DNA from: Hyphomicrobiales bacterium
GTDB taxonomy: Bacteria; Pseudomonadota; Alphaproteobacteria; Rhizobiales; Aestuariivirgaceae
Direction: 5' to 3'
NCBI GenBank assembly: GCA_013002595.1
Contig: JABDJG010000473.1
Span: 1-39,970 of the forward strand
Length of the DNA stretch: 39,970 nucleotides
Part shown: positions 1 to 8,702 of the stretch, piece by piece
Layout of the letters: every line of letters starts with the position of its first letter
How positions within the stretch are numbered: the first letter of the stretch is position 1
Notes under the pieces: generated by a model
The model's input: the letters and a program-made list of their open reading frames with translations, nothing else
What the model was told of the DNA's origin: nothing
Database searches by the model: none
Position numbers and translations under genes: made by a program

Positions 1-378
1 ACTATCCTCATCTTACAGGATGCATCGGCGGCTGTAGACGACACGGCGCCGGGTGCCGACGACCCGGTCGCTGGAGATCCCGTGGCAGATGACCCGGTTG
101 CCGACGAGCCCACAGGGGATGTGGTGCTCGATGAGCCGGTTTCGGATCCGGTGGTTGATGAACCGGTTGTGGACGCAGCGGCGGACGAACCGGCCGGCGA
201 TGTGGTTCTGGATGATCCGGTCGGGGACCCAGTGGTTGACGATCCGGTGGCGGATGAGCCTGTCGTGGAGGGTGCAGCGGATGAACCGGTGACCGAATTG
301 CTGGAGCCTGACACAACGCTCCTGGACCCTGTCCTAACAGATCCGCTGATCGACAACGAAGATCCAGAAACGACCTAA
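1..378 (+). CDS. 3' fragment of an acidic Pro/Val/Asp-rich repeat protein (5' end outside window)
   Basis: Frame 1 is open from base 1 to TAA 376-378; track ORF 82-378 is its GTG-initiated tail. Codons are GNN-rich. The protein is built from P-V-x-D-(D/E)-P units with a higher-order repeat of about 30 aa (ADEPTGDVVLDEPVSDPVVDEPVVDAA / ADEPAGDVVLDDPVGDPVVDDPVADEPVVEGA). No family recognised. Confidence 0.45.
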   Translation, partial: TILILQDASAAVDDTAPGADDPVAGDPVADDPVADEPTGDVVLDEPVSDPVVDEPVVDAAADEPAGDVVLDDPVGDPVVDDPVADEPVVEGAADEPVTELLEPDTTLLDPVLTDPLIDNEDPETT

Positions 379-917
379 GGTTTAGCGGACCGCGCGGCGA
401 TCAGGCCCGCCGATGTCAATATCGACGGGCTATCGCTGTCGGCAATAAATGCAATGATGCGTCCGGCGCCCGGTATCGAGGAACCAACCTTGACCGGCCA
501 CAGTTTGCTGGCGCCCGATCTGGTCTCCGACACCAAAGCTGTGTCAGCATAGATTCCGAGCAGGACGAACCGTTCCAACCTTGGTGGCGCCGAGGGCGCA
601 GAACGCGGGTCCCCAGCATCGAAAGTGCTGGCCGTCGTGATGGGATCAGCGCTTACTCCCGTGGGCCGTGCGCCAACGGTCGGGCTGACGGGACGAACAT
701 CGGTACGGCTGTCATCATCCCTGGCAACTGACACCGTCTTAAAGATCAATCTGCCGTCGATGCCGGCTGCCGGATCATTGGTCCACATATAGCCGGCAAA
801 CATGGATGAGGCTGCAGCGGCGGCCAAGGCAAGCCCAAGCGTGATGTGGTCGCCTGTAGAGCGGTTTGATGCCGCAATGACGGTTCTTTTCGGCTGTTTA
901 TTGGGAGTTTTGGGCAA
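375..917 (-). CDS. hypothetical membrane-anchored protein
   Basis: 180-aa ORF with a TTG start. It has a basic N-terminus, one hydrophobic segment (ITLGLALAAAAASSMFAGYMW), a Pro/Ser/Asp-rich linker and a C-terminal globular part. Divergent from flgB. No family recognised; start uncertain. Confidence 0.45.
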   Translation of the reverse strand: MPKTPNKQPKRTVIAASNRSTGDHITLGLALAAAAASSMFAGYMWTNDPAAGIDGRLIFKTVSVARDDDSRTDVRPVSPTVGARPTGVSADPITTASTFDAGDPRSAPSAPPRLERFVLLGIYADTALVSETRSGASKLWPVKVGSSIPGAGRIIAFIADSDSPSILTSAGLIAARSAKP

Positions 918-1080
918 AATGTTTTCGTGCGTTTGATGAATTTTTCACCCCAAGACTGTGTTGTTCAAGGTTAACAAACTGTTAACTCAAACGGGACACC
1001 TGCCATGTCATGGCGGCAGGCCGCACAAGCCTGGTGCAAGTTTAACGGTCTAGTCTTTGGCGCATAGTCAGGAGATCGTT

Positions 1081-1464
1081 ATGAGTCCAGTACATCTTTT
1101 TGAATTTGCATCGCGGCAGGCTGAATGGCTGGCATCGCGGCAAGCCGTCATTGCCGGCAACGTCGCTCATGCGGACACTCCCAACTACAAGGCGAAAGAC
1201 GTGGTACCGTTTGCACGGGTGCTGGACCGCACGCAGCTGGCAATGGGCGCCACGCATGCCGGTCATCTTCAAGGTGGCGCTTCGGCGTCGCCGGAGGTTG
1301 AGGTCAAGCGGGACCGGGCCTGGGAAATTTCTCACTCCGGAAATTCGGTGCGGCTGGAGCAGGAACTGATCAAGACCGGCGAGGTCAACCGGGACATGTC
1401 ACTCAACACCAGCGTCGTGCAGACATTCCACCGCATGCTTTTGACCAGCCTGAGGAGCCAGTAA
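1081..1464 (+). CDS. flgB: flagellar basal-body rod protein FlgB
   Basis: Track ORF 1057-1464 trimmed to ATG 1081 (AGGAG 6 nt upstream). The N-terminus MSPVHLFEFASRQAEWLASRQAVIAGNVAHADTPNYKAKD is the FlgB-type rod N-terminal block. First gene of the conserved flgB-flgC-fliE-flgG order. Confidence 0.9.
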   Translation: MSPVHLFEFASRQAEWLASRQAVIAGNVAHADTPNYKAKDVVPFARVLDRTQLAMGATHAGHLQGGASASPEVEVKRDRAWEISHSGNSVRLEQELIKTGEVNRDMSLNTSVVQTFHRMLLTSLRSQ

Positions 1465-1466
1465 TC

Positions 1467-1880
1467 ATGGACCCCCTGATGGCATCTATGAAGGTTGCGT
1501 CCTCGGGATTGGAAGCCCAGTCGGTAAGGCTGCGGATCGTTGCCGAGAACCTGGCCAACTCGCAATCGACCGGCACGACAGCTGGCGCTGATCCCTATGC
1601 CCGCAAGACCATCTCGTTTGAGCGGGTTCTCGATCGTGCATCGGGCAGCGAGCTTGTCAAAGTCGGCAAGGTCGGCCGGGATCGCGTACCGTTTCGTGTC
1701 GAGCACCGGCCTGGTCATCCTGCGGCCGATGCGTCTGGCAATGTAAAAATGCCGAACGTCAGTCCGCTGGTCGAGCTCACCGACATGCGTGAGGCCAACC
1801 GGACATATCAAGCCAACCTGCAGATCATACGCCAGACGCGCCAACTTGTATCCATGACGATCGAATTGTTGAGGAGTTAG
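1467..1880 (+). CDS. flgC: flagellar basal-body rod protein FlgC
   Basis: 137 aa, starting 2 nt after the flgB stop. Rod-protein signatures SGLEAQSVRLRIVAENLANSQST (N-terminal) and MREANRTYQANLQIIRQTRQLVSMTIELL (C-terminal). Confidence 0.95.
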   Translation: MDPLMASMKVASSGLEAQSVRLRIVAENLANSQSTGTTAGADPYARKTISFERVLDRASGSELVKVGKVGRDRVPFRVEHRPGHPAADASGNVKMPNVSPLVELTDMREANRTYQANLQIIRQTRQLVSMTIELLRS

Positions 1881-1882
1881 TG

Positions 1883-2206
1883 ATGAGTGGTCTTCCCTTT
1901 GCTGTTGGATCTGTCAGCGGTGTCGCTGCCCCGGGCCTTTCGGTCACAAATAATGCCGGGCCGTCGCAGGCAACAAAAGCTGCCGCAGGCAGCAGCTTCG
2001 AATCCGTCCTGTCGCAGTTGTCCGATACTGCGGTGACCAACCTAAAGGCTGGCGAAGCGGCTGCGATTGCAGGGCTTCAGGGGCAGGCGACTACCCGCGA
2101 AGTGGTCGATGCCGTGATGAAGGCCGAGCAGTCTCTGCAAACCGTAATTGCAGTCCGAGACAAGGTTATTTCCGCTTATCAGGAAATCAGCCGGATGAGC
2201 ATCTGA
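1883..2206 (+). CDS. fliE: flagellar hook-basal body complex protein FliE
   Basis: ATG 1883 lies 6 nt after GAGGAG; GTG 1880 from the track is the alternative. The C-terminus [34 protein letters not shown] is the FliE signature. Confidence 0.9.
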   Translation: MSGLPFAVGSVSGVAAPGLSVTNNAGPSQATKAAAGSSFESVLSQLSDTAVTNLKAGEAAAIAGLQGQATTREVVDAVMKAEQSLQTVIAVRDKVISAYQEISRMSI

Positions 2207-2219
2207 GGAGAGTGAGTTC

Positions 2220-3008
2220 ATGAGAGCGTTAACAATCGCGGCGACCGGCATGACGGCCCAGCAGCTTAATGTCGAAGTGATTGCCAACAATATTGCCAAC
2301 ATCAACACGACCGCCTTCAAGCGAGCCAGAGCCGAGTTTACCGACCTCCTGTATCAGGTTGAACGCGGTGCCGGTGTGCCAAACCGTGGCGGCGAAAACG
2401 CGGTGCCGGAAGGCGCCCAATTAGGGCTCGGCGTAAGAACTACGGCGATCCGCAATCTGCACCTGCAGGGCGGATTGGCCAATACCGGCAACCGGCTCGA
2501 TCTGGCATTAAATGGACGCGGCTGGTTTCAGGTGACCAGTTCAGACGGTGAATCGCTTTATACTCGGGCAGGCTCCTTCAATACCAATGCCACCGGACAG
2601 CTGGTGACGACGGACGGCTATGCTGTCGAGCCAGCGATTACCGTGCCTGACAACACCGTGGAAATTACCATCAATCAAACCGGTCAGGTCTTTGCGCGGC
2701 TTGGCGGCGACAGCGTACCTCAAGAGCTTGGTCAATTGACCCTGGCAAATTTCGCCAATGAACCGGGCCTCGACCCGCTAGGTGGCAATCTTTACCGCGA
2801 AACGCCTGCCTCAGGGGCCGCAGTGACCGGTGTGCCTGGTGATCCCGGGTTCGCAACAGTGCAGCAGGGCTATCTGGAGACATCAAATGTCGATCCGGTC
2901 AAGGAGATCACCCAGTTGATTGCAGCGCAACGCGCCTATGAAATGAATTCGAAAGTGATCCAGGCCGCAGATTCCATGGCCGGCACCGTTTCAAACGGGC
3001 TGCGGTGA
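2220..3008 (+). CDS. flgG: flagellar distal rod protein FlgG
   Basis: 262 aa with GAGGAG upstream. N-terminus [35 protein letters not shown]; C-terminus [35 protein letters not shown]. Confidence 0.95.
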   Translation: MRALTIAATGMTAQQLNVEVIANNIANINTTAFKRARAEFTDLLYQVERGAGVPNRGGENAVPEGAQLGLGVRTTAIRNLHLQGGLANTGNRLDLALNGRGWFQVTSSDGESLYTRAGSFNTNATGQLVTTDGYAVEPAITVPDNTVEITINQTGQVFARLGGDSVPQELGQLTLANFANEPGLDPLGGNLYRETPASGAAVTGVPGDPGFATVQQGYLETSNVDPVKEITQLIAAQRAYEMNSKVIQAADSMAGTVSNGLR

Positions 3009-3499
3009 TGATCATTAACCCACACGACATGAGGTTGTACTGGGTCTTGCTGGCGGGCGTGTCGGTGCTCTTTGGCTGCCTGGCTTCGGTGACGCCGGCA
3101 TCGGCCGGGGTCGTGCGGTTGCCTGTTCCAAATGTCACGCTCTATCCCGGAGATATGTTGTCGGCAGACATGCTGTCCAGCCGGCGTTTCAGATCATCCG
3201 CTGCAGCGCGTACGCCCGTCGCCCGCAACGCTGATGAGATCGTCGGCAAAGTTGCCAGGCGCACATTGTTGCGTGGCAAGCCAATTGCCCTTCATGCGCT
3301 GCGCGAACCGTATCTGGTCAAGAAGGGCAATCCGGTCAGGGTCGTTTATTCCGTCGGCGGGCTGGTCATTACGACCTATGCCACGTCTCTCAAGTCTGGC
3401 TCGCTCGGTGAAGTCATTCAAGCCCGCAACATCGACAGTGGCAAGATCATTGTTGGCGTGATTGGCGAGGATGGATCTTTGATGATGAGGTTGCGGTGA
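3005..3499 (+). CDS. flgA: flagellar P-ring assembly chaperone FlgA
   Basis: Signal-like [26 protein letters not shown] and a C-terminal SAF/FlgA-type block ([25 protein letters not shown]...[17 protein letters not shown]). Sits between flgG and flgI. The start could be GTG 3005, ATG 3008 or ATG 3029. Confidence 0.85.
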   Translation: MMIINPHDMRLYWVLLAGVSVLFGCLASVTPASAGVVRLPVPNVTLYPGDMLSADMLSSRRFRSSAAARTPVARNADEIVGKVARRTLLRGKPIALHALREPYLVKKGNPVRVVYSVGGLVITTYATSLKSGSLGEVIQARNIDSGKIIVGVIGEDGSLMMRLR

Positions 3500-4599
3500 A
3501 GTCTTTCCTGACGGCCATTGTTATCGCCGCTTCGCTTGCGCTTGGTCCGGCCCATGCTGAGGTCAGGATCAAGGACATCGTGTCGGTCCAGGGCGTGCGT
3601 GACAATCAATTGATCGGTTACGGCCTGGTGATCGGCCTGCAAGGTACCGGCGACAGCCTGCGGAACGCGCCTTTTACGGCGCAGTCGCTGCGCTCGATGC
3701 TCGAACGCCTGGGGATCAACTACGGCGCTGATGCGCCGCGGACCCGCAATATTGCTGCGGTCATGGTGACCGCCAACCTGCCGGCCTTCATCGGGCAGGG
3801 GTCACGCATTGACGTCACCATATCATCGCTGGGCGATGCAGCCTCGCTGACCGGCGGGACTTTGATCCAGACACCGCTGCATGGCGCCGACGGCAAGATC
3901 TATGCGGTTGCGCAGGGCCCTTTGGCGGTTTCCGGCTTTGCAAAGGAAGGCGATGCGGAAAGTATCAGCCAGGGCGTGCCGACGGTTGGCCGCATACCAA
4001 ACGGTGCGATCGTCGAACGCCGTATCATGGGCGCGTTCCAGGAGCAGGCAACGATTGTACTTGAGACACGCAATCCGGACTTCAACACGATCATCGATAT
4101 CACCGACGCCATCAATGCCTATACCCGGAAGCGCTTCAGGCGGCCGCTGGCCGAGGCACAGGATGCGCGCACCATCGTGGTCAAGAGACCGGCCAAGACC
4201 GACATTACTCGTTTCATCGCCGAAATCAGCCAGCTGAGAATCGAGCCTGATACGCCGGCAAGAGTGGTGGTTGATGAACGCACGGGCACGATTGTAATCG
4301 GGCACGAGGTCAAGATTGCCACGGTTGCGGTCGCACACGGCAACCTGCTGGTTCGGGTAACTGAGCAACCGGAGGTCTCGCAGCCGGCTCCGTTCTCAAA
4401 AGGCGAAACGGCTGTGGTGCCACGGACCCTGGTTGAGACGGCCCAGAAGGACGGCCGGCTGGCTATTTTGAAGGGCAGTAATCTTCATTCCCTGGTCGAG
4501 GGATTAAACGCGATCGGTCTGAAGCCTACCGGGATCATTGCCATTCTGCAGGCGATCAAGACGGCAGGTGCGCTGCAAGCTGAACTGATCGTTCAATGA
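3496..4599 (+). CDS. flgI: flagellar P-ring protein FlgI
   Basis: 367 aa, GTGA overlap with the flgA stop. A signal peptide is followed by RIKDIVSVQGVRDNQLIGYGLVIGLQGTGD, the FlgI signature. Confidence 0.95.
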   Translation: MKSFLTAIVIAASLALGPAHAEVRIKDIVSVQGVRDNQLIGYGLVIGLQGTGDSLRNAPFTAQSLRSMLERLGINYGADAPRTRNIAAVMVTANLPAFIGQGSRIDVTISSLGDAASLTGGTLIQTPLHGADGKIYAVAQGPLAVSGFAKEGDAESISQGVPTVGRIPNGAIVERRIMGAFQEQATIVLETRNPDFNTIIDITDAINAYTRKRFRRPLAEAQDARTIVVKRPAKTDITRFIAEISQLRIEPDTPARVVVDERTGTIVIGHEVKIATVAVAHGNLLVRVTEQPEVSQPAPFSKGETAVVPRTLVETAQKDGRLAILKGSNLHSLVEGLNAIGLKPTGIIAILQAIKTAGALQAELIVQ

Positions 4600-5138
4600 A
4601 CGGGAATATTGGCAGACACGGCAGTGTGGCGGCGGTTTTCGGGCTTACGTTCGCGATTGCTGCCAGCGCAGGTCTGGCTGAAGACAAAGCTGACCATAGC
4701 CTCACCACCGGTTCGGTCAACAAACCGGTGGCGTTGCCAATCTCTGCGGCCTACTGCGAGAATATCACCGATGCCGCCGAGGAAGCGCGTGTTGCCATTC
4801 GGGCAAAGTACCTGAAGAAACTTGAGGGCAGAATTGAAGAGCGCCTGACTGCACTTGAAGCCAAGCGGTCGGATGTCGAGACGTGGATGAAACGGCGCCA
4901 GGAGTTCATCGAGCGCGCACAGCGCAATCTCGTGGATATCTACACGGCAATGCGGCCGGAGGCGGCGGCCCAGCAGATTTCGATCATGGACGACGAAACC
5001 GCGGCGGCCATCCTGCTCAAGCTGAAGCCCCGTACCGCCAGTGCGATTTTGAACGACATCAAACCCAAACGGGCAGCGCGATTGGCGGCTGTGATCGCTG
5101 GATCGGCGAAAGTTCACGAGGCTGAAGACGAGTCATGA
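4596..5138 (+). CDS. motE: MotE-like periplasmic flagellar protein (MgtE-N-like domain)
   Basis: 180 aa, ATGA overlap with the flgI stop. Signal-like N-terminus, coiled-coil centre and the block IYTAMRPEAAAQQISIMDDETAAAILLKLKPRTASAILNDI. Same flgI-flgH position and similar size to Sinorhizobium MotE (MotC chaperone). Confidence 0.65.
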   Translation: MNGNIGRHGSVAAVFGLTFAIAASAGLAEDKADHSLTTGSVNKPVALPISAAYCENITDAAEEARVAIRAKYLKKLEGRIEERLTALEAKRSDVETWMKRRQEFIERAQRNLVDIYTAMRPEAAAQQISIMDDETAAAILLKLKPRTASAILNDIKPKRAARLAAVIAGSAKVHEAEDES

Positions 5139-5866
5139 TCAAGACAATATTTTCGCTGGTTCCGGTTCTTTTTGTAACCGGATGCATGACCAACATGGAG
5201 GACTTCGTCTCGCAGCCGCCTGTGCTGACACCAGTTGGTTCGGGGCTTACCAGTGCTGCCGTACCAGTGGATACCGGTGGCACGATGCTGCAACCGGCGG
5301 GCGTCGGCGGTGACTATTCAATCTGGCAAGACGGGGCCAGCAGATTGTTCCGCAACCCGCGGGCCATGGTCAATGGCGACGTACTGACCGTGCATATCCA
5401 GATCAACGACAAGGCATCGCTTGACAGCAGCATCGACCGCTCGCGCGATGCGCAGAATAAGATGGGTGTAGGATTGGGATATGGTTTCAACAGTTCGGTT
5501 TCTCCCGAGCCGTTCAGCCTCGAACTGGATGGCAGTGGGCAAACGAATTCCGCGACCTCCACCAAGGGGAAAGGATCAATTGCGCGCTCCGAGAATATCC
5601 GGCTTGCCGTTGCTGCTGTTGTCACACGGGTGTTGCCGAACGGAAATCTGCTGATCAAGGGTTCGCAGGAAGTGCGGGTCAATCACGAAGTGAGGGTTTT
5701 GACGATCGGCGGTATTGTCCGCCCGCAAGATGTGACCGGCGAGAACACGATCTCCTATGACAAGATTGCTGAAGCGCGGATTTCCTATGGCGGGCGTGGC
5801 CGACTGGATGATGTCCAGAAACCTGGATGGGGTCAGCGGATATTCGATGCTGTGACGCCGTTCTAG
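5135..5866 (+). CDS. flgH: flagellar L-ring lipoprotein FlgH
   Basis: 243 aa, ATGA overlap. Lipobox LFVTGC. FlgH block VAAVVTRVLPNGNLLIKGSQEVRVNHEVRVLTIGGIVRPQDV. Confidence 0.9.
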   Translation: MIKTIFSLVPVLFVTGCMTNMEDFVSQPPVLTPVGSGLTSAAVPVDTGGTMLQPAGVGGDYSIWQDGASRLFRNPRAMVNGDVLTVHIQINDKASLDSSIDRSRDAQNKMGVGLGYGFNSSVSPEPFSLELDGSGQTNSATSTKGKGSIARSENIRLAVAAVVTRVLPNGNLLIKGSQEVRVNHEVRVLTIGGIVRPQDVTGENTISYDKIAEARISYGGRGRLDDVQKPGWGQRIFDAVTPF

Positions 5867-5888
5867 GTAACTGAATTGAGGTCCCCGC

Positions 5889-6392
5889 ATGGCGGATGAA
5901 CAGACGACAGAAGAAAAGGCGGCTTCAAGTGAGCCGTCAATTGTTGTGTGGCTGGCCATCCTCGGCGTCCTTACGCTAATTGCCGGTGGCACCGGGGCCG
6001 GACTCGGGTTGCTGATAACCCCGGAACCGGCCGCGGTCGCAGAGCAAGAAGAAGACAAAGCCGAGACGGAAGAAGAAGAAAAGCCTGAATACTCTGCTGG
6101 TGAACAGGTCACCATGCTGCCGCCGATCATAACCAACCTGGTATCGCCGCGAGGCACCTATATCAGGCTTGAAGGTGCAGTCGTTTTTTCCAGTGTTCCC
6201 GAAGGCGGCACCGAGCTGCTGGTCAGCAAGATTACTGATGACATCTTGAGTGTGCTGCACACGATGACGTTGGCGCAGATTGAAGGCGCGAGCGGACTCC
6301 AGCACCTGCGCGAAGACCTCAGTGCGCGGGCCGCGATCAGGTCGGATGGCCTGGCAAAAGAGATCGTGCTTCATTCATTGGTGGTCGAGTGA
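5889..6392 (+). CDS. fliL: flagellar basal body-associated protein FliL
   Basis: 167 aa. Acidic N-terminus, single TM segment (IVVWLAILGVLTLIAGGTGAGLGLLI) and a FliL-type C-terminal domain (LPPIITNLVSPRGTYIRLEGAVVF...LHSLVVE). Sits between flgH and fliP. Confidence 0.8.
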   Translation: MADEQTTEEKAASSEPSIVVWLAILGVLTLIAGGTGAGLGLLITPEPAAVAEQEEDKAETEEEEKPEYSAGEQVTMLPPIITNLVSPRGTYIRLEGAVVFSSVPEGGTELLVSKITDDILSVLHTMTLAQIEGASGLQHLREDLSARAAIRSDGLAKEIVLHSLVVE

Positions 6393-7156
6393 TCAGGTTT
6401 TTGTGGATCATCGCCGGACTGGTTGCCAGCACACAGGCGCTGCACGCGCAGGTACCCGGCCTAGAAGATCTGATCCCCACGGGGGACACCGTTCTGTCCG
6501 GCCGAATGATCCAGTTGATCGCGCTGCTGACGGTGCTGTCGGTCGCGCCGGGCATCTTGATCATGGTGACCAGCTTCACGCGGTTTGTCGTTGCCTTGTC
6601 GTTTCTGCGCACTGGCATGGGCCTGCAAAGTACACCGGCCAACCTGGTCATGATCAGTCTGGCGCTGTTCATGACTTTTCATGTCATGGCGCCGACCTTC
6701 GAAAAGTCGTGGGACGAGGGTGTGCAGCCAATGATCGATAAGACGATATCGGAGAAGGAGGCCTTCAAGCGGATAGTGGATCCATTTCGCGAATTCATGC
6801 TGCAGCATGTGCGCGACAAGGACCTGATGCTGTTCGATGAACTGGCCAACCGCAGCAAGTCGCCGGATCAGACAGGCAATCAAGCCGATCAGGAAAAACC
6901 GGAGAAAGCTGAGGTCGAGTTGCGGGTGCTGGTACCGGCATTCATGATCTCTGAACTAAGGCGCGGCTTCGAAATAGGATTTCTTATCGTATTGCCATTC
7001 CTGGTCATCGATCTGATCGTGGCGACGATGACCATGTCGATGGGCATGATGATGCTACCTCCTACGGTTATCTCGCTGCCGTTCAAGATACTCTTCTTCA
7101 TTCTCATCGATGGCTGGAATCTACTGGTTGGCGGTTTGGTCAGATCGTTCTTTTAG
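6389..7156 (+). CDS. fliP: flagellar export gate protein FliP
   Basis: 255 aa, GTGA overlap with fliL. FliP motifs SFTRFVVALSFLRTGMGLQSTPANLV and GFLIVLPFLVIDLIVATMTMSMGMMMLPP. Confidence 0.95.
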   Translation: MIRFLWIIAGLVASTQALHAQVPGLEDLIPTGDTVLSGRMIQLIALLTVLSVAPGILIMVTSFTRFVVALSFLRTGMGLQSTPANLVMISLALFMTFHVMAPTFEKSWDEGVQPMIDKTISEKEAFKRIVDPFREFMLQHVRDKDLMLFDELANRSKSPDQTGNQADQEKPEKAEVELRVLVPAFMISELRRGFEIGFLIVLPFLVIDLIVATMTMSMGMMMLPPTVISLPFKILFFILIDGWNLLVGGLVRSFF

Positions 7157-7466
7157 AGCATGTTTTGCTTATACGAAATCATCTGACCGGGATTTCGCGT
7201 CTGCTGGCTAGAGCCCAGTCCACGCCGTGGTCTGGCCGACCACAAGTGGGCTGTAACGACGTCCAGCGGGCGCGAAAACCCGATCAAATGATTCCACATC
7301 AGCAAAATTTGTTCTGGAACGTCGATCCGTTAACGGTCTGGTAATCAGTCCGCTTAATCGTTTGGCAATTGTTGCGCATTATGTTGCGCTCCATAGCAGG
7401 TTGGATCCCCCCGCTAGTCCGGGTACCATAGGTATGAAACCGCGCTGCTATCCCGGCCGACCCGGA

Positions 7467-7504
7467 ATGTCCCGTACTCAATCTTACACTTACAAAAGGG
7501 ACAT
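7467..7504 (+). promoter_or_regulatory. flagellin-1 leader hairpin pairing ATGTCCC with the SD region GGGACAT
   Basis: ATGTCCC (7467-7473) is the exact reverse complement of GGGACAT (7498-7504), which lies within AAGGGACATACGTC immediately before ATG 7510. The loop is 24 nt. The same arrangement occurs upstream of the second flagellin. Confidence 0.4.
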
Positions 7505-7509
7505 ACGTC

Positions 7510-8436
7510 ATGAGTAGTATCAATACCAATCTCGCGGCCATGACCGCGCTTCAATCACTTCAGAAAACCAGCATGAATCTGCTTGAGACCCAGACACGGA
7601 TCTCGACAGGCTTCAAGGTTGGCACGGCAGCTGACAATGCGGCCTATTTCTCGATCGCAGCAACGATGCGTTCTGACAACTCGGCCATGTCGACGGTTCA
7701 GGACGCTTTGGGCCTGGGTGCAGCAACCGTAGATGTTGCCTACACGGCACTTGAATCCACGATCGACGTTGTCGATGAAATCAAGAACAAGCTTGTTGCT
7801 TCTCGTGAGCCGGGCATCGATCGTACGAAAGTTCAGGCGGAAATCTCCGAGCTGCAGAACCAGCTCACCAGCATCGCCGAATCTGCCTCGTTCAACGGCG
7901 AGAACTTCCTCAACGTGGATTCCGGCGCGGCCGACTACAACGCGACCAAGACGATCGTGTCGTCGTTCACCCGTAGCGGCTCCAGTGTATCCATCGGCAC
8001 CATCAGCATCGACATCACGACGACGACGTTGTTTGATGCCGAGGCGACTGCCACTGGTATCCTGGACGCCGAATCGACAACCACGAACGGTTCTGTGACG
8101 TACACGGTCGCCAATCTGGATATTTCGGCCTTGACGGACGCCGCAGATGACCTGGCCGATCTGGAGGAAATCATCTCGACGGTTGATGGAGCTTTGGCTT
8201 CAGTGATCACGGCTGCGTCTGATCTTGGTGCGTCCAGTAGACGTATTGAACTGCAGCAGACCTTTGTGTCCAATCTGATGGATGCGATCGAACGCGGTAT
8301 CAGTCAGCTGGTCGATGCAGACATGAACGAAGAATCGACGCGGTTGCAGGCCTTGCAGGTGCAACAGCAGCTCGGCATTCAGGCGCTCAGTATCGCCAAC
8401 AGCTCGAGCCAGAGTATCCTGTCGCTGTTCAGGTAA
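7510..8436 (+). CDS. fla: flagellin (short rhizobial type), copy 1
   Basis: 308 aa. N-terminus MSSINTNLAAMTALQSLQ...RISTGFKV...DNAAYFSIA and C-terminus DADMNEESTRLQALQVQQQLGIQALSIANSSSQSILSLFR are flagellin D0/D1 blocks. Confidence 0.95.
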   Translation: MSSINTNLAAMTALQSLQKTSMNLLETQTRISTGFKVGTAADNAAYFSIAATMRSDNSAMSTVQDALGLGAATVDVAYTALESTIDVVDEIKNKLVASREPGIDRTKVQAEISELQNQLTSIAESASFNGENFLNVDSGAADYNATKTIVSSFTRSGSSVSIGTISIDITTTTLFDAEATATGILDAESTTTNGSVTYTVANLDISALTDAADDLADLEEIISTVDGALASVITAASDLGASSRRIELQQTFVSNLMDAIERGISQLVDADMNEESTRLQALQVQQQLGIQALSIANSSSQSILSLFR

Positions 8437-8465
8437 ACTGACACCGACAGTACGATTCCAGAAAG

Positions 8466-8495
8466 CCGCGTCCGTACCTTACGGGCGCGGTTTTT
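8466..8495 (+). terminator. rho-independent terminator after flagellin 1
   Basis: CCGCGTCCGTA-CCT-TACGGGCGCGG forms an 11-bp stem (one G-U pair) followed directly by TTTTT. It starts 30 nt after the TAA stop. Confidence 0.65.
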
Positions 8496-8656
8496 CGTTG
8501 TCCTGAAAACCTGTTTCCTCGTTCAAAATGCCACTGCGATCCAACGCAACGTTCGCACAAGCTTGCTCGTGCATTGTGGGCTTAGTTTAGTTCAGTTGCG
8601 TCGGGAGTGTGGGACGCCAAAGGCATGGTGCAATGCCGCCATATCGGCAGGCCCGA

Positions 8657-8697
8657 TATGTCCCAGTGCGTAAATTGAAACAAGTGGAAGGGACATA
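8657..8697 (+). promoter_or_regulatory. flagellin-2 leader hairpin pairing TATGTCCC with the SD region GGGACATA
   Basis: TATGTCCC (8657-8664) is the exact reverse complement of GGGACATA (8690-8697) within GAAGGGACATAAGTTC before ATG 8703. The loop is 25 nt. Paralogous to the 7467-7504 structure. Confidence 0.4.
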
Positions 8698-8702
8698 AGT
8701 TC

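Noticed and set aside
8-316. 102-aa minus-strand Pro/His/Arg-rich ORF
   Set aside because: It is the mirror image of the acidic repeat ORF. The plus frame has GNN-rich codon structure and continues to the window edge. This frame's openness is explained by the repeat.
7299-7541. 80-aa minus-strand ORF spanning the flagellin-1 promoter and start
   Set aside because: It overlaps the flagellin start and leader on the opposite strand. It has no ribosome-binding site and no recognisable family.
8651-8666. GCCCGATAT upstream of flagellin 2 as a sigma-28-type -10 element
   Set aside because: It resembles GCCGATAA, but I could not find a matching TAAA-type -35 at the right spacing. The flagellin-1 counterpart (GACCCGGAAT) is poorer, and no fliA gene is in the window. 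It is not called as a promoter.
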